From IMG/VR virus record IMGVR_UViG_3300042870_001966: DNA of 64,000 bases; one strand, written 5' to 3'. The DNA is from a virus. Lineage: Duplodnaviria; Heunggongvirae; Uroviricota; Caudoviricetes. Below are positions 19,918 to 29,342 of the stretch, in pieces. The translations under genes and the position numbers were made by a program. The notes under the pieces were generated by a model. That model had not been told where the DNA came from. It saw only the letters and a list, made by a program, of their open reading frames with translations, and did not search any database. Each line of letters begins with the position of its first letter. The first letter of the stretch is position 1.

Positions 19918-20715
19918 TTAGTTGACGTAATCTTGAAGTGCCACTTCAAGTGTGTCTGTGTTCTCAAGTTCTGACGATTGCTCGTCATAGTATTCGTTAT
20001 ATCGTTTCTCTAAAATTGCAGAAGCTTCACCGTATCCTAAATTCTCTAGGATTCGGATAGCTAACCAGTCAGCTTCTCTCTCCTGTCTCTCGTCGTAAGC
20101 TGCCATTCCTCGGTCAGAGCCTCCGTGATTTAGTAGTGAATGCGAAATTTCATGTGCTTCGATTGCCAACAGATGGTCGTCTCCTAGATTCTGAGACTCA
20201 ACTTCCTGTCCATCGACGAATATTGTTTTTGAAACCATATCAGCGAAAGCAATTCCTAAGCTATCAAATATTTTTGCAACTTTTGCATAGAGCTCATCGT
20301 CCGAGAAAAGAACAATGACTGTCCATTCGGGATCAATTTCGCTTTTCCAAACCGCATCCTCTGCGCTTTCAGATAAGTTATACTTCTTCATTTTTGAAGC
20401 ACGTTGACCAGTTAAGTCTCTCCATAATTCTCTGACGTCTGGCTGGGCAAGTGTATCTGCCTGAACCATTGAGTAAAATTGATTATCTGAATTCTGCATC
20501 ATTGCGAACCATTCTTCAAGGCTAGGTTTTTTAGACAGAGCCTCAATTCGAGGTTTTAGTCTTCTAAACATTGGAAATAGCTCAGTTTCGTACTTATCTC
20601 CAGTTTGTGGATTACGTCCGAATTTTCTGTTAATATCAAGTTCCGTTAACTTCCTTAGGGGTCTTGGATTATGATTTTCATTTAACCAATCGCTATATGT
20701 TGATAAAAGTTTCAT
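19918..20715 (-). CDS. HEXXH zinc-metallopeptidase-like protein with CTS-like N-terminus
   Basis: AHEISH...EREAD; starts MKLLSTYSDWLNE; late promoter at 20724-20730. Confidence 0.75.
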   Translation of the reverse strand: MKLLSTYSDWLNENHNPRPLRKLTELDINRKFGRNPQTGDKYETELFPMFRRLKPRIEALSKKPSLEEWFAMMQNSDNQFYSMVQADTLAQPDVRELWRDLTGQRASKMKKYNLSESAEDAVWKSEIDPEWTVIVLFSDDELYAKVAKIFDSLGIAFADMVSKTIFVDGQEVESQNLGDDHLLAIEAHEISHSLLNHGGSDRGMAAYDERQEREADWLAIRILENLGYGEASAILEKRYNEYYDEQSSELENTDTLEVALQDYVN

Positions 20716-20766
20716 TACAGGTTTATTTATCCCAAGCGCAGATAAATAACAAGAAAATCATAAGTA

Positions 20767-21228
20767 ATGATTCATAAATATCAACAATGGCTTGATGAAT
20801 CTGAGAAACTAGAGGCAGTTGATACGCCGGTAACACCAGACGCTCCAGTTGAAGCTCCAGCAGAAGTTCCAGCGGAACCGGTTGCAGAAGTTCCAGCTGA
20901 GACTCCAGTTGATGCCGGGATTCCAGCAGAGGCTCCGGTTGAAGACGACACAGCCGAATCAGAAATTGAAAAGTATCAAGAACTAGACACAGCTAGAAGA
21001 GATGCAATTAAAGCCTTTAAAAAGAAACAAGAAGAATTTTTAGAAATTCCTAATGAGATTCGTAAGAGTCCAGTCGAAGAGGCTGATAAAACAAAGGTCG
21101 AGACATTAAAGAGCGAATTAGTTGAACTTAATAAGACAATGAAAGACTCTATTAAAGCTTGGGACAACTTTAATTCTGAAGCCTTAGGGTTAGCAGATGA
21201 TGAGACCTCTGAAGAGTACGAACCTTAA
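20767..21228 (+). CDS. Pro/Ala/Glu-repeat protein with CTS-like N-terminus
   Basis: MIHKYQQWLDE, PAEVPAE repeats, late promoter at 20742-20748. Confidence 0.75.
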   Translation: MIHKYQQWLDESEKLEAVDTPVTPDAPVEAPAEVPAEPVAEVPAETPVDAGIPAEAPVEDDTAESEIEKYQELDTARRDAIKAFKKKQEEFLEIPNEIRKSPVEEADKTKVETLKSELVELNKTMKDSIKAWDNFNSEALGLADDETSEEYEP

Positions 21229-21248
21229 AAAATATCAACTCTGGTAAC

Positions 21249-21437
21249 ATGAAAAATTTAGTTAACAGTTTTACGAAATTCGTAAACGAGAGCTGGGATC
21301 CAAGTGATGCTTTCTCTGGTGAGACTTCAAACTGTTGCGGTGCTCCTATTATGATGGGCGATATTTGCTCTGATTGTAAAGAACATTGTGAAGCAGAAGA
21401 AGACGAAGAAGATTACGAAGACGATTATCAACACTAA
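21249..21437 (+). CDS. small Zn-finger protein with CTS-like N-terminus
   Basis: MKNLVNSFTKFVNE; SNCCGAP...CSDCKEHC. Confidence 0.7.
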   Translation: MKNLVNSFTKFVNESWDPSDAFSGETSNCCGAPIMMGDICSDCKEHCEAEEDEEDYEDDYQH

Positions 21438-21598
21438 TAACGGACTTAGGACCGTAAAGTTACGCAAGTAACACAAAATCCGAGAAAAGTGTCGCTACCG
21501 ATCTCGGATTTTTTTATGTGATTAGAATATTATGGGAAAGGTTTGGGTGTGGCCAGTGTGATCTAGTGAGTGACTGTACTGGTTACAGTAACCAAATA

Positions 21599-21802
21599 TT
21601 AGCCGAATTTTGCAATGCTCTTGTACCGCTTCTTAATATCTTCGATCTCGGCCATTGCTGCGTTAAACTTGCCCTTGATCTCATCGTTTACTGTGAAGTC
21701 TAATATAACTTGACAGTTCGGGCAAACCGATACAGGATGTTGCATTATGAATTGTAGGTCGATACCTAATGGAGTTCTACATGCTGGACAAGGTAATGCC
21801 AT
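21599..21802 (-). CDS. zinc-ribbon protein
   Basis: CPAC...CPNC. Confidence 0.7.
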   Translation of the reverse strand: MALPCPACRTPLGIDLQFIMQHPVSVCPNCQVILDFTVNDEIKGKFNAAMAEIEDIKKRYKSIAKFG

Positions 21803-21803
21803 A

Positions 21804-22517
21804 TTAAGAGGTTTTGTCAGTATGACCTACATCATCTAATTTTTGAATTAACATCTCAACCAGTCTGGAAACGGCTTCAGGTTTTTCGTCCTTTTTGAAT
21901 TTAACTTTCACGGTTGCCATGCCAGCTTTGCTATCAGAGTTTGGTGCATTACTGTCAACTGAAATATTGGTTACAGTATGCGTGTAGTCAGACGCAGTTG
22001 AGACTCCAAGCAGTTTGCAAGTCTCGTCGTCTGCTTCACCAGTCTGCGGAATCCTGTTTTTTAATTGGTAACGCATTAGGGCTTCTCTACATTTTGGGCC
22101 AATAACTCCGTCAACTCCATTCTTCTTGGCGCCGGTTTTCCCAAGTAGAGTCTTATATGGCTCTCCTAATTTAACTAGAGCCTCTTGAACTCCACGAATA
22201 GTTTGATCCTCAATCTTCTTAAAAATCGGTAAAATATTCTCTTTAAGACTGGATGGTGTCTTATCGTCTGATGCAAGTAATCTGATATCAAAGTCTATTT
22301 CCAGTTCTTCTAGTCCCATTGACGAATGGTCAGCTAAGATATAGAGAGGAATTTCCAAGGTCTTGTCTCCGAGCAAAAATGTTTTAGTCAGAGGTTCGCC
22401 TTCCGGTGTAAAGTACTTTGAAATAGTATTAATGTGTTGTCTTTCCTGAATACCGAGAACGATTAACGCTGCTTCTTGTAGACCGCCGAGTAATTCTTCT
22501 AGATTAATTTTAGCCAT
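21804..22517 (-). CDS. DUF2589-like protein with an inserted peptidoglycan-binding domain
   Basis: LEELLGGLQEA...IPLYILADHSSMGLEELEIDF...KVKFKKDEKPEAVSRL, interrupted by VQEALVKLG...VDGVIGPKCREALMRYQ...TGEAD. Confidence 0.65.
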   Translation of the reverse strand: MAKINLEELLGGLQEAALIVLGIQERQHINTISKYFTPEGEPLTKTFLLGDKTLEIPLYILADHSSMGLEELEIDFDIRLLASDDKTPSSLKENILPIFKKIEDQTIRGVQEALVKLGEPYKTLLGKTGAKKNGVDGVIGPKCREALMRYQLKNRIPQTGEADDETCKLLGVSTASDYTHTVTNISVDSNAPNSDSKAGMATVKVKFKKDEKPEAVSRLVEMLIQKLDDVGHTDKTS

Positions 22518-22624
22518 AGTTGTGCGATTTGTATTAATAATTATACTACTCAAGCTGAATCGGTTTAAACAAAAAAGAGACCAGATAAACTGGTCTCCTT
22601 AGGGGTTTATTGTCCGATTACTGA

Positions 22625-23221
22625 TTACTTGTTTGGATCAGCCGTAAGAGGAATTAAAGTTGGCTCTAACATTTGAGTCAAATAGTCAGAAAGCTTTAAC
22701 ATACCTTCAGTTGCAGGTAATTGCTCAGCGTGTACTTTTACATTGTACTTTGCAGAGTTATCTGTGCTACGTGTGTTCTCTTTGTGAGTCGCAACTTTAC
22801 CAGCCATGCTCACCGAGTACTTCATTCCCCAGAATCCGCCAGAAGCAGAAGCTTGAATTGAAGATTCAGTATCAGTGCTTGATTTGTCTACTTCAGAAGT
22901 TTTTACTTCCATTGAGAATTCAATATCAGCTGATGTGATAGCTAATGAAGGAAGTGGAACTAAAGGTAACATAGGAACCTTTGAGTATAAAGTTTGAACT
23001 GTTTGTTCGCCGGTTGTACCGTCAGTAACAACTCGGTTCATTTCTACATCCAAAGAACGAGCTTGAGTTTTGCCGTCTTTGTCTGTTACGAATGCAACTT
23101 CAGAAATATATTTCCACGTTACATCGTTTAATTTTGCTTGCCCTTTTGCCATACCTACAATCGGAGACACAATAAGGTCTTCAATTGGTAATCCAGCAAA
23201 TTGTTGTGCGATGTCTGCCAT
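22625..23221 (-). CDS. DUF2589-like protein
   Basis: FAGLPIEDLIVSPIVGMAKGQAKL, VPMLPLVPLPSLAI, KYNVKVHAEQLPATEGMLKL; late promoter at 23242-23248. Confidence 0.75.
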   Translation of the reverse strand: MADIAQQFAGLPIEDLIVSPIVGMAKGQAKLNDVTWKYISEVAFVTDKDGKTQARSLDVEMNRVVTDGTTGEQTVQTLYSKVPMLPLVPLPSLAITSADIEFSMEVKTSEVDKSSTDTESSIQASASGGFWGMKYSVSMAGKVATHKENTRSTDNSAKYNVKVHAEQLPATEGMLKLSDYLTQMLEPTLIPLTADPNK

Positions 23222-23266
23222 TTGTAATCTGGTTTTTTTATTATTTATCCAAACACAGTTTCATTA

Positions 23267-23920
23267 TTACTTAACCTTGAACCTATATCCTGTCAATTTC
23301 TCTACATCAGCTGGTTTAACCTTCCATTTATCAAGACCCACCGGTTTGTCGGGTGTATTATTAAAAATATAAGCCTCAAACGTTTTTGTCCTCTTAATAA
23401 AAATAACTTTCCAACATTTAGTCGGCACTGACGTCGTTCCAATTTTCTTGGCTGCTCCGACTGAACCGCACCATACCATAACTGAATCGTATTGGCTAGC
23501 AAGTTCTCTGGTTCGGACCTCTAATCTTTTCCAGTCTCCAGCATTTAAGGAATGGTATTGAGGAGCCATGTTTGAAAAGTAGAAGCACTCTTCTTGTAGA
23601 ACTGGGCTGCACTGGTTATCTGCAGCCGGGCACATGTGACCTCTATCGGTTCCTGAACCTACATAATCTTCCATAAGATCAGTTTCAGCTGGAAGTAATG
23701 GATCTGGCGCGAATCTGTCCTTGCGTGCAACCTTTGAGCCTGGACATTCAAGACGGGCTTTTGTGTCCCACCATTCAACCTTAAGAGAATAGTGTAACTG
23801 CTTACTATAATAAGCAGTATAGCCTTTGTGTTCTAATTTAACAGTAGTTGGCTCTGGAACAAAGCCAGTAGCCGTAATTAATAAAATTAGTGATACTATG
23901 AATAATTTAACGGTTTTCAT
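23267..23920 (-). CDS. secreted DNA/RNA non-specific endonuclease (NucA/Serratia-type)
   Basis: DRGHMCPAAD, NMAPQYHSLNAGDWKRLE; N-terminal signal-like MKTVKLFIVSLILLITATG. Confidence 0.9.
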   Translation of the reverse strand: MKTVKLFIVSLILLITATGFVPEPTTVKLEHKGYTAYYSKQLHYSLKVEWWDTKARLECPGSKVARKDRFAPDPLLPAETDLMEDYVGSGTDRGHMCPAADNQCSPVLQEECFYFSNMAPQYHSLNAGDWKRLEVRTRELASQYDSVMVWCGSVGAAKKIGTTSVPTKCWKVIFIKRTKTFEAYIFNNTPDKPVGLDKWKVKPADVEKLTGYRFKVK

Positions 23921-23925
23921 ATTCT

Positions 23926-24888
23926 TTATTTAAGGAAATTTTTAATATTAGTCATTGTTTTTTTATTACTAATAATATCTTTATTTACTTTATCAACAAT
24001 GTATTGAGTAGTAGCCGGTCTTGAATCTGACATGTCGCTTTTCTTTTCATCATCAATCTCTAATTGAACTCTTAAATACTTTTCTAATATTTGTTGACAT
24101 TCGTAAACAACTGATTTAGAAGAGGCTTGCATCATAACTGTTGTTATAGGTTGTGCCCAATTAGCTATACCCCAACTTTCAGTTTTAATACCTAACGATT
24201 CTGAATGATTTCCGGTGCCTAACGATAAGCATTCAATATCTTCTATCTTAATACCCGGTCTTGTTTTAAGAACTTCAGCAACTGCTGCCATTGCTGGATT
24301 GTTAATGTAAACACCACCATCCACTAAGATCCGGTCTTTGCCATCAAACACCATTTCGTATGACGGTAAGTAGGTCGGCGCGGCTGACGTAGCCCGACAA
24401 ACATCTTTTAATCTAACATCAAATCGTTCTTTAGACCATTTAGCAGTTCTAGTTTTAAACATAATAACTTCATTGTTCTTTAGGTCATACGAACTAACGA
24501 TGATAGGCTTTAGTGATTGCGATATCATCATATCACCAAAATAATTTTCCAATAAACCGTCTAAACCTTTTGGAGAGAATTTAGGATTAAATACTGAATT
24601 AACTCCTCTAATTACTTTAGCTAATATATTTTTACTATAAGGGAAAATAACATTACCTTTAGTTGTGTAAAGTTCTATTAGCTGGTCGATTGTTAAATAA
24701 GGATTAACTCCGTCTTTCGTACAAGTTAATCCGCATGCAATAATACCGCCAGTTGAGGTACCTACTATGACATCAAATAATTCGTGTATTTTTTTACCTT
24801 GCTGATTTTCAATTTCTTTAAGGATAAGTAATGGAACGATTCCTCTTAATCCACCACCGTCTATTGATAATATTCTAACTTTACTCAT
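23926..24888 (-). CDS. patatin-like phospholipase
   Basis: DGGGLRG, GTSTG (catalytic Ser), DGG; late promoter at 24921-24927. Confidence 0.92.
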   Translation of the reverse strand: MSKVRILSIDGGGLRGIVPLLILKEIENQQGKKIHELFDVIVGTSTGGIIACGLTCTKDGVNPYLTIDQLIELYTTKGNVIFPYSKNILAKVIRGVNSVFNPKFSPKGLDGLLENYFGDMMISQSLKPIIVSSYDLKNNEVIMFKTRTAKWSKERFDVRLKDVCRATSAAPTYLPSYEMVFDGKDRILVDGGVYINNPAMAAVAEVLKTRPGIKIEDIECLSLGTGNHSESLGIKTESWGIANWAQPITTVMMQASSKSVVYECQQILEKYLRVQLEIDDEKKSDMSDSRPATTQYIVDKVNKDIISNKKTMTNIKNFLK

Positions 24889-24951
24889 ACGTGTATTTTT
24901 ATTTTTATTTTTTACTAGGTTATTTATCCGGATTTTAAGTATAATAACTAT

Positions 24952-25497
24952 ATGAAAAAGCTAATACATATCATACTTTTTAGTTTTGCGATTAGCGCAA
25001 CTGCTCAAGATTCTGAAAATAAAATCTTTTTAGAATTGGTGAATGCTCACAGAGCAAGTCACGGGCTTAGTCCAGTAGAATACTCAGCTACTCTCGACTC
25101 TGCTGTAACTCTTCATGTCAATTGGATGATACGTGCTGACACATTGGAGCACTACGAATATCCATTAACTCCAGATGGAATTTACTACACCGGCCCTCTT
25201 ACCCGAATTGAAAAATTTGATCAGGACTGGAAGAAACACTTTTCACGATATAGTTTCAGAGAAAATGTCGGTGCTCATTATAAAATCAGCAGTAATTATA
25301 ACTCACTAAAATCGGTTAACGTTGATAAATCAACCGTTATTATAATATTCAACGAATGGGTTAAATCAGCTAGTCATAATGCAGCGCTGCTCGACCCAAA
25401 AGTAACAGTAGCAGCATTCGATATAAACGGCGGCTATGATACTCAAAAGAACCGATTCTCAGCATACGCAAACTGTCTGTTTGCGGTTAAGCTATAA
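24952..25497 (+). CDS. secreted CAP/SCP-domain protein
   Basis: Signal peptide; LVNAHRASHGL, ENVG, WVKSASHNAALL. Confidence 0.8.
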   Translation: MKKLIHIILFSFAISATAQDSENKIFLELVNAHRASHGLSPVEYSATLDSAVTLHVNWMIRADTLEHYEYPLTPDGIYYTGPLTRIEKFDQDWKKHFSRYSFRENVGAHYKISSNYNSLKSVNVDKSTVIIIFNEWVKSASHNAALLDPKVTVAAFDINGGYDTQKNRFSAYANCLFAVKL

Positions 25498-25500
25498 CAA

Positions 25501-25527
25501 AAAAGCCGAACTAGGTTCGGCTTTTTT
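25501..25527. terminator. bidirectional intrinsic terminator
   Basis: aaaagccgaa-ctagg-ttcggctttttt. Confidence 0.85.
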
Positions 25528-25543
25528 CTGGTGTAAATTAGTA

Positions 25544-27163
25544 TTAAAATATCGGGCATGCAGTAGAGCTTCCACCTTTATACATTGGTACTTTAGGTAA
25601 AGCGGTTCCGAATTGAATTCTAGGTAACTCAATTTGGAATGATTCATCAGACCATGTAATTACTGAGTTCCATTCTCCACTAGGAGTTGCAGTTGACTTA
25701 ACTGGAGTAGGTTCGGTTGATGTGATTGTATACGTTAACTGGAAGAACGCAACTGCATATCTCCATGGTCCGTAAGTTGCTTGGTACTCTGGAGTTCTTG
25801 CTCCAGGTTTACCCCACTTAGCATCAGTTTTATCTTTATCAGTCCAGTCAGGACCTCTATTCGGTTCAGCTAAATTTTTAGCATCAACGGTTGGTGCAAT
25901 AGTTATTCCGTTTTCAGTAAGAGCGGCAGCTAGCGCGCTATTAATAGACGCAAGTCTATCGTTTGCTAACGCAACGTTATTTTCCTTCTTTGAGGTTTTA
26001 TCAGCTGACTTGTAAGTCGTTCCTACTTGTGAAGTACTTGCATAACCCCAAGTTGAAACAGCTGTAATTGTACCGCCGGCTGCTTTAACTGCATCTACTG
26101 CAGATTTAACAGTTGCGGCTAATTCAGCTTGAGCAGTAGGTTGAATAGTCACTCCATCATCTGGAAATAACTGTAAACCCTTTTGGAAAGCTGGGCTCTT
26201 AGCGTTACCGTTTGCACTTTCAGGATATGAAAAAGCCTGAACAACTGGGGCAGCTGGTGCAGCTGGTGTTCCAGCGACAACTGTAATTTTTTCGTTCTTT
26301 GGTGCAATGTATAAATTCGTAGCAACTAAAATTGCTTTATCGAAAGTTACATTAGGATCCTTTTTACGAGCAGCATACGCTTCAGCTTTTGCTTTAAAGT
26401 TATCTAGCATAGACTTCTTTTCAGTATCGCTTAACGACATTGAGGCTATCCAGTATTGACTGACTGTTGCTTTATTGGTTCTCTGTGCAATCAGGAATTT
26501 AGCAGAAGTTAAAGGATCTACCATTAATTCCTTGCTTGCATTAGTATTTAATCGGTAAGCAGTTAGTGCTTTCTTAAGAGTATCCATGACCTGAGGCTTG
26601 GCTAGTTCAGCAATCACATCAATTTTTTTACCGCCAGTATCGAATACTCCATCAGTTAGAGCACCTGGTATAATTGAACCGAATAGAGCTGATGTTCTTA
26701 ATTCGAAACCTTCAGTCTTTGCAGTCTTTAATAAGTCAACCGCTTGTTTAAGTTGAGCTAGCTTTTCTGGAGTTACCCCAGCCTTTGCACCGTTTGCAAT
26801 AATTGAATCTGCTACTTTATAAAACATATCTGCTCTAGGAGCTGCACCCTTAACCGTACCGCCGCCTGTCCAGTAATATATCGATTTTAGGGAACGTAAT
26901 CTGTCAGTTTTAGCAGATGAACTCTTTTTAAGAAGCGATTTGAATAAGTTGAGGTCGCCCTCTCCGTTTTTCCACCATTGCATTACAGATTCGTAAGCTG
27001 GGTGAGCTTTTATTTCAGCAGAGTCTGCTGCCATTGCTGCATTTACTAAACCTGCACGATCGCCAGCTTTGTAAAGAGCACCAATATCAGTTCCTTCAGC
27101 TTCTGCGATTAACAAGTTTTCGTTTAACCAGCTAGAGTAGCCTTTAATAATTGAATGTTTCAT
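25544..27163 (-). CDS. Ala/Thr/Lys-rich late protein, CTS-like N-terminus, C-terminal OmpA-like domain
   Basis: MKHSIIKGYSSWLNE; FPDDG...GYAS...NNVALANDRLASI; late promoter at 27195-27201. Confidence 0.65.
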   Translation of the reverse strand: MKHSIIKGYSSWLNENLLIAEAEGTDIGALYKAGDRAGLVNAAMAADSAEIKAHPAYESVMQWWKNGEGDLNLFKSLLKKSSSAKTDRLRSLKSIYYWTGGGTVKGAAPRADMFYKVADSIIANGAKAGVTPEKLAQLKQAVDLLKTAKTEGFELRTSALFGSIIPGALTDGVFDTGGKKIDVIAELAKPQVMDTLKKALTAYRLNTNASKELMVDPLTSAKFLIAQRTNKATVSQYWIASMSLSDTEKKSMLDNFKAKAEAYAARKKDPNVTFDKAILVATNLYIAPKNEKITVVAGTPAAPAAPVVQAFSYPESANGNAKSPAFQKGLQLFPDDGVTIQPTAQAELAATVKSAVDAVKAAGGTITAVSTWGYASTSQVGTTYKSADKTSKKENNVALANDRLASINSALAAALTENGITIAPTVDAKNLAEPNRGPDWTDKDKTDAKWGKPGARTPEYQATYGPWRYAVAFFQLTYTITSTEPTPVKSTATPSGEWNSVITWSDESFQIELPRIQFGTALPKVPMYKGGSSTACPIF

Positions 27164-27248
27164 TAACTATGTCTATTTTTATTTTGTACTAGGTTATTTA
27201 TTCGAGTTTTTAGGTATAATAACTATATAACCAAGTAATAAACAAGCC

Positions 27249-27752
27249 ATGAAAAAATTAGCAATCCTATTCGCAATCCTAATCTCAATCTCTGCCCAAG
27301 CGCAACAAGTTAGATCTAGTAGATTAGACTCTTTGATCTGGCAAGAAATTAACGTGTACCGTTTGGGCTTGGGTGGTTCACCAGTAACCAAATTCAATAA
27401 TGGTGCTTTACGTAAAAGAAGTTATCAGTTAACTAATCTTAATGCAGGTAGACCTGAAATTGATCATACCCGTGGAGACAGTACTTTTGTTGGATATAAT
27501 ACTGAGTGTATCTACATGTATAAGACTAGTGGGACAACTGTTTCTAAAAAATACAGTGTGAATGCTTTAACTGATGAGGTATTGCAGGAAATCGCAAAAA
27601 TTGTGGTACAGGCTTGGATCGATTCGCCTAATCATAATTTTAGAATTGCAAGTAAATTTGCAGCTGAGTCAACGATTACCACAGTTATGGAATTTGGCAA
27701 AGACTCATTTAGAGTAACTGCATCTTACCATGCACTAGATAAAAAGTATTAA
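27249..27752 (+). CDS. secreted CAP/SCP-like protein
   Basis: Signal peptide; INVYRLGLG, VQAWIDSPNHN. Confidence 0.7.
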   Translation: MKKLAILFAILISISAQAQQVRSSRLDSLIWQEINVYRLGLGGSPVTKFNNGALRKRSYQLTNLNAGRPEIDHTRGDSTFVGYNTECIYMYKTSGTTVSKKYSVNALTDEVLQEIAKIVVQAWIDSPNHNFRIASKFAAESTITTVMEFGKDSFRVTASYHALDKKY

Positions 27753-27823
27753 GTAAAACACTAATCAAATAAAAAAGGGACTGATATTTCTATCGGTCCC
27801 TTTGTGTATTAAGTTTAAACTTA

Positions 27824-29077
27824 TTATTTAGCGGCTGCTGCAGTTAAAGTAAGTTTCAATTCAAAGAATTGAGCTTTTCCTCTAACGTTAGTAGTTGCAT
27901 TTCCAGTTGAAACAGCAGTAGTCTTAGTAGTTTCTACAGCTTTAGGCTTAACTGCATTTTTTTCAATGTTTAGGTCAACGAAACGGTCAGCTGCATTTGC
28001 AGGTTGACCACTTGCACCGATTGACCATGCAACTTCGTATGCATCAAAACCTGGATGTCCTTTTGCTTTAAGTCCAGAGTTAAGAGCATTCATGAAAGCA
28101 ACACCACGACGGTAAGCAAGATCTTGATTTTTAGTTGCATCATCCTTTGGAGTTACTGCACCAGTTCCGTCAGCCTTAGGCATTTGTTTACCGTTCCATT
28201 CAGTACTTGCACCAGAAGTTAAAGTAAATTTATCAGGGCGTGATCCTGCTGGGAATTTAGCTAAACATAACTCTACTGCTTTTGCAACCTCAGCTTGAAT
28301 AGCTGGAGTAACTTGGTCAGAACCAGCTGCGAATTCTGCAGCGAATTTGCCAGTAACTGCATCGGAACCTCCAGTTTGAGCAACGTCTACTTTAAGATCC
28401 TTACCTGCAGCAAGGTCGCCAAGTAATTGTTGAGTGTACAAATATAGATTGTCAGCGTCTACTACTGGAGTAGTTGTAATATCTAGGTAACCGTCTTCTC
28501 CCATTCTTTGGCTCAAGATGAATTGACCTTGACCCATTTCAAATGCATTTTGGTTATATGCGTTAACAAATCCCAACAACATACCTGTACTAGAGGTTGC
28601 TTTACTCCAACGTGGATCAGTATCAATTTCCAGTGAATTAATCCCAATTCGACCCTGAGTCATGATTCTACCTGTACCGTCAGCTCCAGGATTGTAGTCC
28701 ACCGTTGTTTTGCTGTAGGCAATTTTTGATTGACCTGCAATCAAACTATCAAGAGTAGCGGTAACTACTTCGTCTAGGCTCTTACCGCCAAAGATTCCCA
28801 AGAAACCTTTTTTAGCCGTTTGGCCGTGTTTAGCAAGGCTTCCCAAAATTTCTTGATGAGCCTCTTTCTTTTTAATGTTTTGGATGTTAGACTTTGCAAC
28901 CTCTTGCGTGAATAGTCTAAATTGTGCTCCAGCTTGACTTGCGATGTACTGATCGTATTTTGCCTCGTCAATGCTAAAGTCATCAGTACTGAGAGTAACT
29001 GAATCGATTGACCAGTTTTCGTTTATAGCGTTTAGGTTTTCGTTTAACCATTGGCTATAGCCTTTAATTAAGTTCAT
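27824..29077 (-). CDS. late protein, CTS-like N-terminus, C-terminal OmpA-like domain
   Basis: MNLIKGYSQWLNE; FAAGSDQ...GAS...NQDLAYRRG...DRFVDL; late promoter at 29100-29106. Confidence 0.7.
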   Translation of the reverse strand: MNLIKGYSQWLNENLNAINENWSIDSVTLSTDDFSIDEAKYDQYIASQAGAQFRLFTQEVAKSNIQNIKKKEAHQEILGSLAKHGQTAKKGFLGIFGGKSLDEVVTATLDSLIAGQSKIAYSKTTVDYNPGADGTGRIMTQGRIGINSLEIDTDPRWSKATSSTGMLLGFVNAYNQNAFEMGQGQFILSQRMGEDGYLDITTTPVVDADNLYLYTQQLLGDLAAGKDLKVDVAQTGGSDAVTGKFAAEFAAGSDQVTPAIQAEVAKAVELCLAKFPAGSRPDKFTLTSGASTEWNGKQMPKADGTGAVTPKDDATKNQDLAYRRGVAFMNALNSGLKAKGHPGFDAYEVAWSIGASGQPANAADRFVDLNIEKNAVKPKAVETTKTTAVSTGNATTNVRGKAQFFELKLTLTAAAAK

Positions 29078-29342
29078 AGTATACTAAAATATTTTAAGTT
29101 ATTTATCTTGAGCAGGTTCCCATTTTTTTATTACCTGAACAGCTTTCCGACTGATTAGGCGACCGTCTCACCGGTACATAATAGTCACGGGTCTTCCGCA
29201 GCTTCACAGAGGTCTCCACGTCGCGGCCCCGCCTAGGGGGTTTTTGCGGCGGTGCAGGCACGCCCAATCTTTTTCAGGCCGGGCGACCAATTGCCGGGAT
29301 TCTTTGGTACCTTAACCTTAAATCAAAAATAATTTGTTTAAC

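Noticed and set aside
23926-24888. Patatin as a CBASS CapV effector
   Set aside because: There is no adjacent CD-NTase (the only NTase is 35 kb away and of a different type), and the gene has a phage late promoter.
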